From: Leucoraja ocellata
Lineage: Eukaryota
Direction of reading: 5' to 3'
Assembly: GCA_036785375.1 (NCBI GenBank)
Contig: JAWMAR010000635.1
Coordinates: 558,001-622,000 of the forward strand
DNA: 64,000 bases
Below are positions 1 through 10,759 of this stretch, one piece after another. Position numbers and translations under genes: made by a program. How positions within the stretch are numbered: the first letter of the stretch is position 1; every line of letters begins with the position of its first letter. Below the pieces are notes generated by a model. It was not told the origin of the DNA. It saw only the letters and a list, made by a program, of their open reading frames with translations, and made no database searches.

Positions 1-604
1 TCAACATAAAAGTGAATATATAATCGCACAAATCAGAAATAGTCTTTGGTGGTTATTTCTCAGACTATTTTCTAAAGAGTAAAGGACCTGCAGCAATATT
101 GCACATTTCAAAGTCACAGGATATTCCACTGTAGTGTTTAGCCTTTGGAGTTTTATTTTTGATGTAATCACTATTTGTTCAACATTAAAGAAGGGAGAAG
201 AAAAAGTGGCATCCACCTAAGAATCATATCAGACAAAACCTTCATTGGACCTTTGAAATGAAATTGCCAAGTAGAGGAGCGGCATAGTCCCTAATCATTT
301 GTTCAATGGCTGGCTAAGGCATCAGATGGATGTGAAATACTCAGCAGATGTGAGTGCCAATGCATAGCAGTCGCTGTGGAATGCACGGCACAGAAGGTGA
401 ACAGTTGTGAAAGACGGTGGATCGTTGCTCCAGCATTTTGTGCCTATCTTTGAAATACTCAGCAGTGTAGGCAAAGCCAGTGGAGAAATAAACAGTTAAT
501 GTTTCATACTGAATGTCAAGAGGTTTATGCTGTAATACTTTCTGTGGAAGGATAAGTCTCAGCTCTGTTTCCCAACAGAGGACTGCTGGACAATGGTCCT
601 CTTT

Positions 605-956
605 GCTAGATGCAGGAAGATTGTTCCCGATGTTGGGGAAGTCTAGGACAAGGGGTCACAATTTAAAGATAAAGGGGAAATCCTTTAGGACCGAGATGAG
701 AAAAACATTTTTCACACAGAGAGTGGTGAGTCTCTGGTACTATCTGCCACAGAAGGTAGTTGAGGCCAGTTCATTGGCTATATTTAAGAGGGAGTTAGAT
801 GTGGCCCTTGTGGCTAAAGGGATCAGGGGGTATGGTGAGAAGGCAGGTACAGGATACTGAGTTGGATGATCAGCCATGATCATGTTGAATAGCGGTGCAG
901 GCTCGAAGGGCCGAATAGCCTACTCCTGCACCTATTTTCTATGTTTCTATGTTTCT
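605..956 (+). mobile_element. CR1-clade LINE, 5'-truncated 3' end (young family)
   Basis: Encodes CR1 ORF2 C-terminus (LDAGRLFP..SRTRGHNLKI..FFTQRVV..FKRELD), followed by 3' UTR and (ATGTTTCT)n tail. Confidence 0.9.
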
Positions 957-1080
957 CAAAATATCACCGACCACTGGAATTTTCTGCATTTAGTTTAGGT
1001 TAGTTTATTATTGTCACGTGTGCTGAGGTACAGTGAAAAGTTTCTTGTTTTTTGTGCCATCCAGTCAGTGAAAAGACTAT

Positions 1081-1400
1081 CACGGTGGCGCTTGGTAGAG
1101 TTGCTGCCTTACAGCGAATGCAGCACAGGAGACCCGGGTTCGATCCTGACTACTGGTGCTGTCTGTACGGAGTTTGCACGTTCTTCCTGTGATCTGCTTG
1201 GGTTTTCGCCAAGATCTTCGGTTTCCTCCCACACTCCAAAGATGTACGGGTTTGTAGGTTAATTGGCTTGGTAAATGTAAACAAAAATTGTCCCTAGTGG
1301 GTGTAAGATATTGTTAATGTGCGCGGAACACTGGTCGGCGCGGACCAGGTGGGCCAAAGGGCCTGTTTCCACGCTGTATCTCTAAAACTAAAAACTAAAA
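1081..1400 (+). mobile_element. tRNA-derived SINE (HE1-like)
   Basis: A-box-like GGTGGCGC..GGTAGAG, B-box GGTTCGATCC, LINE-type tail GGGCC..AGGGCCTGTTTCCAC and (CTAAAA)n; several copies in the window. Confidence 0.85.
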
Positions 1401-2160
1401 TACAAGTCAGAGAGGAAAACCGCATCCAAAATCCACTCCATGCCACAAAGGGAAGGGTAAATTGATGAGTATTTTTGGGGTCTGAAAAAAACAGTTCCAT
1501 GAGGCATAATACTCAACCCCTTGCTTTTTTGTATAAAATATTTATTTCAGATTTAGACGAGCAAGGTGAGGGTGCATGATAAAGAAATTCGCATTTAGCA
1601 CAAATATATGGCTGTGTAATTGACAGTAGGAAGACAACTTTTCCGCTTCTAGATAGGGAATGCACAGTAATTGGATGGATTTTGAAAATGATGATGGAAC
1701 AATAGGTCTCCGGATTGTATTTTCATTAATTTGTAAAAGGTCACAAGACAGGTTAATAACGCAGGATCCTTTCCTTTTTATACCTGGGGCATAGACAATA
1801 TGTTTATAGACAGTTGATGTTGGAACTATACACAATGGAGGTCAGGCCACCGCATATGTGCTACATATATTTCTGGTCATCACATCACAGGAAGGCTGTG
1901 ATTGCAACAGGGAGGTTGAAGAGGACATACTGTGTATTTGAGATTGGTGCCAGGACTGGAAAAAATATTGTTGTGAGGAAAGATTAGTAGCTAGAGTTGT
2001 TTTTGTTGGCACATTGGAGGCTGGGGAGAGGCCTACTTGAGGTGGGGTAAGCTTGAGGGGTCTGATGGCATCCCCTGCTCCTAATTTCTTATATGTGAAT
2101 AAAGTTACAAGACAACTACCAAAAAAGTACATAAGATGGATCAATATCCCTCATCAGAAG

Positions 2161-3199
2161 TAGCAATGTTACAACATTTTGAGATTTTAAAAATCAAGTC
2201 TTTAATTTATCCCATCAGATAAAGCATAAAAAGAAGTTTAATTTGACACCCAATTCACTTTCATATCTTCAGTATTAAAAAGGTTATGGCCATTTTCATA
2301 CTCGGAAATTGGCATCTTGGTCCCTATTGCTTTTTCATTAACACAAAAGCTGTGATCGAGGACATTTAAAAGCCCATAACTTTCTTAAAATTTAAGAGAA
2401 CTGAAATAAATTTTCAATTATTATAGATTGAAGCATATACAAAACAATCTTACTTGGATGACTTGAAATTAAAGCATATAATTAGTTAGTTACCTAATTG
2501 TAGCTAATTACAAAATTCAATTACTAGATCTAAACATCTATCCATTTCTTAAGAAAAGGTTAACATTTTTAAATAGCCTAAGTGTCCAAATAACATTCAC
2601 ACAAGAATTCAGAATATAACATAATTTTTAAATCTCATTGTCATGGGTTTATAGGCCAAATGGAAGGAATTTAATGTTTAATACCTGTAAATTAATGGCC
2701 ATTTAAATCAACTTGCCTGTGGGTTTTTTTGGAACGGGACCATTTGGAACTCTGAGGTTGCGGTGATTTTAGTCCCCATATCAGCAGCAAATACACTGCC
2801 GGCTCTTCGGGGGGAAAAATCACTGTTTCGTCACTTAAAATGTGAATTAAATGCATCTTATGAAACACTTTTATACATAAAAATAAACTACTTTATTTTA
2901 CCTGACTCCTACATAAAATCCAGCCCCATTGTCGGCATTGACGGCTTCAGAAGCTGATTTAAAAATGACTCCAGCAATTAACTTGTCGGGCGAATTTTTT
3001 TAAAAACACACAGAACGGCCGTCGGAACGATTCTTTAGCAACATCTTGCACTCCAACAAATATAATCCAGGACCAAGTCGGAAAAAAAACGCGTTTTAAC
3101 CCGGCCCCCCCCCCCCCCCCCCCCAAACGCGCCAAAATCGCGCACAAGGCCAGTGGCAGAATTGCAGCGCCGCTGAAGGTAATTATTGTAACATACCTA
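2161..3199. mobile_element. Non-autonomous DNA transposon, TAG...CTA termini, 7-bp TSD (copy 1)
   Basis: Ends TAGCAATGTTACAA / TTGTAACATACCTA; TCAGAAG at 2154-2160 and 3200-3206; related copy at 11431-12291 in opposite orientation. Confidence 0.85.
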
Positions 3200-3661
3200 T
3201 CAGAAGAGTAAAATGTTAAGCAGAGTTGATTTCAGATGCTTGATTGAAGCATGAAAGGAGAGACAAATACAATGTGTACTATGGTGACAAGTGCAAAATA
3301 GTAGAATGGTGCACGATTGTAGCACAAAATACAAGTGGTGCAAAAGAATACCAAAGCACCATAGAATAACCAAAAAAAATAGAGTTAAGAGTGTGTGGCA
3401 ACACCACAGGTGTGAAAGAGAAGAAACATAGAAAATAGGTGCAGGAGAAGGACATTCGGCCCTTCGAGCCAGCACTGACATTCCATATGATCATGTCTGA
3501 TCATCCAAAATCAGTACCCCATTCCTGCTCTCTCCCCATATCCCTTGATTCCGTTAGCCTTAAAAGCTATATCTACAGACACACACACTATATCACACAC
3601 AAATACACACTACATCACACACACACACAAACACACACTATATATCTCACACACACACACA

Positions 3662-3960
3662 NNNNNNNNNNNNNNNNNNNNNNNNNNNNNNNNNNNNNNN
3701 NNNNNNNNNNNNNNNNNNNNNNNNNNNNNNNNNNNNNNNNNNNNNNNNNNNNNNNNNNNNNNNNNNNNNNNNNNNNNNNNNNNNNNNNNNNNNNNNNNNN
3801 NNNNNNNNNNNNNNNNNNNNNNNNNNNNNNNNNNNNNNNNNNNNNNNNNNNNNNNNNNNNNNNNNNNNNNNNNNNNNNNNNNNNNNNNNNNNNNNNNNNN
3901 NNNNNNNNNNNNNNNNNNNNNNNNNNNNNNNNNNNNNNNNNNNNNNNNNNNNNNNNNNNN
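3662..3960. other. Assembly gap (N run) after (CA)n-rich low-complexity sequence
   Basis: Run of N. Confidence 1.
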
Positions 3961-5151
3961 CCAGGGAAAGCAGGGGAGCGCTGTCTGAAACGGTGCAAAG
4001 CCAATGTTATACAGACGCACACCGCGATGAACAGGAAGGTTAAGACGGCTAGCACAGTGTACGGTAAGTCCTTTAAAATAGGGGGTATGGGGGGAAGGGG
4101 AGAAGGGGGGAGAGGGGGGAAGTGGAGAAGGTGTGGAGCCACTTTTAAGAATACAGACAACTTTTAATAAGCCAGAGATACACAGCTGTGAAGTTTGGCG
4201 GGCATTTAACATTACCAGTCGGTTATCCTTGGTTCTGAAAGCTCATGCATGCATTTTTTTCCCCCAATGAGCCAATGAAAATGGCCAGAGACAAAAGTGC
4301 TGGAGAAACTCAGCGGGTGAGGCAGCATCAATGGAGCGAATGAAATAGGCGACGTTTCGGGTCGAGACCCTTCTTCAGACTGATGCGGGGGTGAGGGGGA
4401 TGGGAAGAAGAAAGGAAGAGACAGTGGGCTGTGGGAAGTGGAGGGGAAAGAAGGAGAATGCAGGGACTATCTGAAATTGGAGAAGTCAATGTTCATACCG
4501 CTGTGGTGTAAACTACCCAAGTGAAATATGAGGTGCTGTTCCTCCAATTTACGGTGGGCCTCACTCTGGCCATGGAGGAGGCCCAGGACAGAAAGGTCGG
4601 ATTCGGAATAGGCGGGGGAGTTGAAGTGCTGAGCCACCGGGAGATCAGGTTGGTTATTGCATACCGAGCGGAGGTGTTGGGCAAAGCGATCTTCAAACCT
4701 ACACTTGGTTTCACCAATGTAGAGCAGCTGATACCTAGAGCAGCGGATGAAATAGATGAGGTTGGAGGAGGTGCAAGTGAACCTCTGCCGCAACTGGAAA
4801 GACTGCTTGGGTCCTTGGATGGAGTCAAGGGAGGAGGTAAAGTGACCTTAAACAATGAAAATGGCCAGTCAGCAAAGGCGATTAACTAAAACTACCCACA
4901 ACTACCTCAACTACCCGTAACTACATGGAGACCCCACTACAACTGCACCCACGACGACAGGATTATCGATTTTCTCCATGGCGACCAATACTGAGGCCGC
5001 GACTAGTTCCCAGAATGCGGGAACTGCTCGCGACCATGAAGGAGACTCGCCAGAGACCACCAGCGAACATGTGGCGACCATACTGCGATCATGTGGAGGG
5101 CGCAGAGTCTCTTGCACTCGCCTAAAAAGTCATCTAAGTGGAACAGGCCCT
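3961..5151. mobile_element. PIF/Harbinger-like MITE (left end not visible), containing a Penelope insertion
   Basis: Right end AAGTGGAACAGGCCCT followed by TAA; body homologous to 19180-20336. Confidence 0.75.
4289..4852 (-). mobile_element. Penelope-like element (PLE), truncated: GIY-YIG endonuclease C-terminus plus pseudo-LTR
   Basis: ORF 4467-4793 NLIYFIRC..YIGETK.R...RF.QH..FHLGSL..GMN; 16-bp TSD CAATGAAAATGGCCAG at 4273-4288 and 4853-4868. Confidence 0.9.
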
Positions 5152-5234
5152 TAACTCTCTCGAAAACATCCAGTGACTTGGCCTCCACTGCCTTCTGTGG
5201 CAGAGAATTCCACTCTGTGGCAGAGAATTCCAGA

Positions 5235-6189
5235 GATGATTGGTTCAGGAGTTAAATAACAGCGGGGAAGAAACTGCTCTGGACAGCTGGGAATTTAATA
5301 TCTTGTAATTTCTCTGAAATGATAGTGGAAAGAAAAGGGAAGGGCCAGGGTGGCAGATATCCTCGATGATACTTCCAGCCTTCCTGATGCAAAGCACAGT
5401 GAAGGAAGTGACAAGCCTGTGATGGATTGGGCTGCGTACATCACTTTCTGTAGCTTCATGAGCAGAGTGCTTGCCATATCTGGTTGAGATGCATCCTGTC
5501 AGAATACTTACTATAACCTGTCTGTAGAAGTTTGAGAAAATCCTTATTTACATGCCAAATCCTCTTAGGCATCTAGGAAAGCAAATACTTTCTTGGTTAC
5601 TGCATCAGTGTGAAGGGATTTAGTTTTACTGGTGATGTCGATGTGTAGGAACTTGTAGTTGCTGACCATCTCTGCAGCAGCTCCAGTGATGAGGACAGGG
5701 TTGTGCTTACCCCGCACGCTTCATTAGGTCAACAATCAACTCTTTCGTATTGCCTGCATAAGGGCTAGGTTATTATTCTGACACCCATGACACAAATTCT
5801 CCATCCCTTTCCCGTTCTTTGTCTCATGGTTGTTGTAGATCAGGCCGACAGGGGTGGTATCATGGGCAAATATAAAGATTGAGTTGGTGTTGCAAATGGC
5901 TGCAGAGTCCTGTCCTTGCTGGGAATAGAGCATGGGACTACCTACATAACCCTAAGGACCATCAGTGTTGAGGCTCAAGCTGGGGAAATGTGAGGACCTA
6001 TTCTAACTGACTGAGGCCTGCCAGTTAAGAGGTCCAGAGCCAGTTGCAGATGGATACCACAAGGCCAAGGTCCAGTAGTTTAGGGATGAGCTTATTTAAA
6101 ATCATGGTGCTTAAGGCTGAACTGTAGTCAATGAATAGCCTCCTGACACATGTGTTCTCATTGTTAATGTAATCCAGGGCTGAATGAGG
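5235..6189 (-). mobile_element. Old degenerate Rex1/Babar LINE (3' part continues at about 3250-3420)
   Basis: Translated remnants [21 protein letters not shown]...ICNW and FAHDTTPVGLIYNNHET. Confidence 0.75.
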
Positions 6190-6637
6190 ACTCTCCCGAC
6201 GCCGGAGCAACACCGCCCGGCGAGAACGGCCAGGAACATCGGGCCTCCGTAGAGGCAACTGTGGAGGCCTCAATAGGCCTGACTATGGGAGAACTGGGGA
6301 TGGGGACTGGACATTGTGCCTTCCCCCACAGTGGTAACCATTATGGGGGGATGTTTTTTGTGTGTAAATGATTATTTTATTCTGCGTCCAAGATGGCTGC
6401 TGGAAGGGAGAGTGTACGCTGGCGCGCTTTAGCTGCCGCTGCTCTCTCCTCATATTGTGTTTTTGATTTTTGTCTTTGGATTGAATTCTGTCTTTAATTT
6501 GTGTACTGGTGATGTCTCTACTATTTATTTCATTCCGCTTACATCTTTTTACTCTATTTGCTTAATTTTGTTAGGTGTCCTTGAGACTCTTGAAAGGCGC
6601 CCATAAATAAAATGTATTATTATTATTATTATTATTA
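6190..6637 (+). mobile_element. CpG-rich non-coding retroelement with L2-like 3' end and (TTA)n tail
   Basis: 3' GGTGTCCTTGAG..TGAAAGGCGCCCATAAATAAAATGTATTATTATT; subterminal CCCCACAGTGG...TGGGGGGA shared with 54804-55707. Confidence 0.65.
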
Positions 6638-6726
6638 ATGTAGTGTAAGAAAAGTGGACTCCCCCATAGTTCTATATTTTCATGTCGGGGTATTCCAAAG
6701 ACTGGCTTCCAAAGCTCTTCATTATT

Positions 6727-7787
6727 AGTTTAGAGATACAGCGCGGAAACAGGCCCTTCGGCCCATCGAGTCCGCGCCGACACCAATCCCCGCACATTAA
6801 CACTATGCTGCACACACTAGGGACAATTTTTACATTTACCAAGCCAATTAACCTACAAACCTGTACGTCTTTGTGTTAATCCTGGCCAGATTGGAGAGGC
6901 TTGGATTCTAAAATGGGGTAAAAGCTTCAGGGCTGCTGGCAGATTTGGTCAATTTGAAAGTGCTCTCTGTGGAACTGGGACAAGCTGCAGAGTGGTGCCA
7001 GTTTGTCTAGAGCCTAGATCCAAGCTGCAGGAAAAGAATAAGAACATCTGCAGACTCTGTCAATTAGGTGCAAAATGCATAGAATGGATTGGATGACTGC
7101 AAACCAGACATACACCTTGTAAATAATTGTAAATAATGTTGCAGAGTTTCACTTTGCCGAGTGTTGATTGGATGAGGTATTGAGCCTTGTCTGGTTTCCT
7201 TGCAGATCAGGGTAAATGTTGCAAAGTTTGCTTCCTTCGAGAAACCCTGTTTGAATACAATGTATTCTTGGGTTAGGGAAATGTCTGTTATGTATGGGGT
7301 TAATCGATATCTGTAATTGGATTGTAAAGAGACCACTATGTGGTTCGGCCCCTCAAGGTCTGGGGACCTATAAAAGTCCGCTCCCACGAGGTCCCGCATC
7401 GATCTTCTGGGACAGCGCTTGGGACTGCGGGACCTTCTGGAGTGTCTCTGCTTGAGCGAGGCCTAGAGAGGCATATAAGTGGATTGAACCCGCGGTGGGA
7501 TAGGTACAGTAGTTGAACTGGAATTGTGTTTTGTTAAAATCGAGATTAGTTGCGCAAGTGCTTGATTCAGTGGTTTTTGACTGAAACTAGACTGGGGGGG
7601 AAGTTTAGAACGAACAATTTACATTTGGAATGTGGGAGGAAACTGAAGATCTCGGAGAAAACCCACGCAGGTCATGGGGAGAACGTACAAACTCCATACA
7701 GACAAGCGCCTGTTGTTAGGATCGAACCTGGGTCTTCGGCACAGCGTTCGCTGTAAGGCAGCAACTTTACCGTTGTGCCACCGTGAC
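6727..7787 (-). mobile_element. HE1-like SINE interrupted by a solo LTR
   Basis: SINE sequence CTGTACGTC|TTTG|GAATGTGGGAGG is split at 6873/7624. Confidence 0.85.
6874..7623 (+). mobile_element. Solo LTR (750 bp), Gypsy or ERV1/epsilon-like
   Basis: TGTTAAT...ATTTACA termini; 4-bp TSD TTTG (6870-6873, 7624-7627); TATAAAA at about 7369. Confidence 0.8.
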
Positions 7788-8983
7788 TGCCTGTCACTCC
7801 ATGTCACTTGGCCAAACTGCTGCCGGAAAGACTGAGTAATAGCACGGCAGAATCTGATGAGGCCGAGCAGTTCTTTTCCAACCGGCACGGATGCAATGGG
7901 CTGGATGGTCTCCCGATGCATCATAGATCCTCTACGACAGTTTCCATTTGCACTTTCAGCGACTTGGGCCGCAAGATATTACAACCTAAACGTACAAGGG
8001 CAAACCTAACCAGAGGCAGATGCAAGAAACGCCTTGCTGCAGAAGGATTTGTTCCAATGCACCAGCAAAGATGCACAAAAAGCGGAAAAAAAACCTCCCC
8101 CAAAAAATCTACATTTCTGAAAAAGATTAACATGACACACACAGTTTTAGAAAAATTTGCCTGTGGGCTGGTACATCAATATACAGCTGAATATGTTTCA
8201 AATGGGACAGCAGAACTGCCATTGTACAACATAGAGAAAGCTGCACGATCCAGCGTGGGACCTATGTCAATGAAATTTGGAAGTATAATGAAGCTTGCAA
8301 TGCAGCCCTGATAATCCCATTCTTCTCACTGCTAAATATGGTGCACCAGTTTGCTGATGAATGCTTGCTCCCAGTGATGGCGTACATCGCCAGGTTTGGA
8401 GGGCCAGGGCCACCTAGACAGACACCAAAACATTGTTTGAGAATTCATCTTACTTCTCCTTTACGCAACTGCTGCTATTGCAAACGCCATCCTTTTCTTA
8501 TCGATGTCAGTAAAAATAACTGACAGAATTCTAACTGGCATAGGCGGTTTCATATTTCATCTTCTCTTTCTGTCAGATCTGGCACTGCTTCTCAGTTCAA
8601 TCATGCCTCTTGTTCTGCTGTCTCTTTGTTAAAAATCTGCCTATTGCATCTGGCATCGCAGACCAGTTTTATCTCTGGTCCTAACCTTCTTAGATCCAAT
8701 ATAATATCTGCCAAGTGCAACTTTACTGAAAAGATGCAATGGCTGGTATCTTCCTGAACTACAGAGACTATTCCTGCAGCTTTCTTGCCAAATTATTCTG
8801 TCATATCATGTATGAAGCATCCTTTCTATCTCTAGAAACAAAGAACTGCAGATGCTGGTTGATACACAAAAGGACACAAAGTGCTGGAGTAACTCAACGG
8901 GTCAGGCAGCATCCCTGAAGAACATGGACAGGTGACATTTCGGGTCTGAAGATGGATCTCAATCCATAATGTCCTCTATCCAT

Positions 8984-9949
8984 TGGACATTCCATACCAG
9001 GGCATCGGAAATGTCCTCGTTCTTCAGGGAATGGGGATTCCCCTCCGCCACCATAGATGAGGCTTGCACCAGGGTCTCATCCATACCCCACAACACTGCT
9101 CTCTCTTCCCATCCCCACACTCGCAACAAGGGCAGAGTCCCCCTGGTCCTCACCTTTCACCCCACCAGCTGGTAAATACAATACATAATCCTCCGCCATT
9201 TCCGCCACCTCCAACGTGACCCCACCACTCGCCACATCTTCCCATCTCCCCCCATGTCTCCCTTCCGCAAAGACCGCTCCCTCCGCAATTCCCTTGTCAA
9301 TTCTTCCCTTCCCTCCCGTACCACCCCCTCCCCGGGCACTTTCTGTTGCAACCGCAAGAAATGCAACACCTGTCCCTTCACCTCCCCCCTCAACTCCATT
9401 CAAGGTCCCAAGCAGTCGTTCCAGGTGCGACAAAGGTTTACCTGTATCTCCTCCAACCTCATCTACTGCATCCGCTGCTCTAGATGTCAGCTGATTTACA
9501 TCGGGGAGCCTAAGCGGAGGTTGGGCGATCGTTTCGCTGAACACCTCCGCTCAGTCCGCAATAACCTACCTGAACTCCCGGTGGCTCAGCACTTCAACTC
9601 CCCCTCCCATTCTCAATCCGACCTCTCTGTCCTGGGTCTCCTCCATTGCCACACCGGAAATTGGAGGAACAGCACCTCATATTCCGCCTGGGCAGCTTGC
9701 GTCCTGATGGCATGAACGTTGAATTCTCCCAATTTTGCTAGCACTTGCTGTCTCCTCCCCTTCCTTAACCCTCAAGCTGTCTCCTCCCACCCCCCTGCCC
9801 TCGGGCTCCTCCTCCTCCCTTGTTCCCTCCTTCTCCCCCCCACCCCCCATCAGTCTGAAGAAGGGTTTCGGTCCGAAACGTTGCCTATTTCCTTCGCTCC
9901 ATAGATGCTTCTGCACCCGCTGGGTTTCTCCAGCAATTTTGTGTACCTT
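8984..9949 (+). mobile_element. Penelope-like element, 5'-truncated (RT C-terminal region, Zn-finger-like linker, GIY-YIG, pseudo-LTR)
   Basis: PLVLTFHP; C..KKCNTC; NLIYCIRC..YIGE.KR.L..RF.EH; 15-bp TSD ATGTCCTCTATCCAT at 8969-8983 and 9950-9964. Confidence 0.9.
9855..9882 (+). ncRNA. Minimal hammerhead ribozyme core in PLE pseudo-LTR (also at 4351-4378 -, 25876-25903 -, 34144-34171 +; degenerate copies elsewhere)
   Basis: CUGAAGA-A-[GGGU (U/C)UCG (G/A)CCC stem II]-GAAAC-GU(U/C); minimal hammerheads are established features of PLE pseudo-LTRs. Confidence 0.7.
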
Positions 9950-10320
9950 ATGTCCTCTATCCATGTTCTCCAGAGATGCTGCTTGACCCGCGGAGGTACT
10001 CCAGCACTTTGCATCCTTCCTATCTCTCTTGGCAGACAATCTAAAGAAAATGCTGACCTTATTCAATTGCTTTATAACTCAAATTAATTCCATTGAATTT
10101 GGTAAAGAATACTTAACAATTGCGAGAAACATCAATGTTATCTTCATCATCACATCTGTCAAATCCTGTGCTCCCTGAAGTCGAATATTCTGATAATATA
10201 TTACTCATAGTCTGCAGCTCGAGCAATACTTCTGTCAGCATATGTAGTAAAGAACAACACCAGCAACACGCACGCACACTGTTGTATCAGATCTAGGATC
10301 TGTCTGTCCTCTGGTGATTA

Positions 10321-10410
10321 CAGATGCTCCTCGAGTTACGATGCTTTGACTTACGATATTTTGACTTTACGATGGTGCAAATGCAATACGCATTCAGTAG
10401 AAACCGTACT
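10321..10410. mobile_element. Tigger/pogo-like TIR fragment
   Basis: TA|CAGATGCTCCTCGAGTTACGATG with repeated GACTTACGAT motifs; resembles the MER47/Tigger5 end as recalled. Confidence 0.7.
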
Positions 10411-10471
10411 GAACTAGCCTGGCCTCATGGCAGCATCGGGCTGCGTTGGTCATTTAAGCGGTAATGCTTTA

Positions 10472-10754
10472 AGGCCCTGTCCCACGATGCGAGTTTACCC
10501 AAGAGCTCTCCCAAGTTTAAAATAAAATCAAACTCTTGGTAAGTATGTAGAATGTACGTAGCGGGTACGTCGGAGCTCGTGGATGTCTCATAGCGGCTCG
10601 TAATGCTAACGGCAGATATTCGGGAAACTCGCAAAGTTTTTTCAACAGTGTGAAAAATCTCCAAGAGTAAAAAAATACTTGTGATGAAGTATCACGAGTT
10701 TGATTTTTTTTTTTTAGAGCTCTTGGGTAAACTCGCATTGTGGGACATGGGGCT
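10472..10754. mobile_element. PIF/Harbinger-like MITE (283 bp)
   Basis: TIR AGGCCCTGTCCCACGATGCGAGTTTACCCAAGAGCTC with inverse at the right end; TTA on both sides. Confidence 0.85.
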
Positions 10755-10759
10755 TTATT

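Larger units (their letters stand above)
3423..5232 (-). mobile_element. CR1 3' end split by a Harbinger MITE (pieces 3423-3575 and 5152-5232)
   Basis: Reverse-complement CR1 tail ending ...GCTATATCTA continues as TAACTCTCT..GGCCTCCACTGCCTTCTGTGGCAGAGAATTCCA after the MITE TIR. Confidence 0.75.
8835..10020. mobile_element. Older palindromic PLE pseudo-LTR mini-element, interrupted by a younger Penelope
   Basis: Inverted arms 8835-8945 and 9950-10020 (GCTGGAGTAACTCA..GGTCAGGCAGCATC / GATGCTGCTTGACC..TACTCCAGC). Confidence 0.7.

Noticed and set aside
1081-1150. tRNA gene
   Set aside because: tRNA-like head continues into a SINE body and LINE-type tail; no complete cloverleaf
3439-4212. Long ORFs of 147-242 aa
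   Set aside because: Artefacts of translating through the N gap and (CA)n
7808-8523. ORFs of 167, 101 and 61 aa in non-repeat sequence as host exons
   Set aside because: No recognisable domain; candidate splice frames hit stops; not supportable without a search
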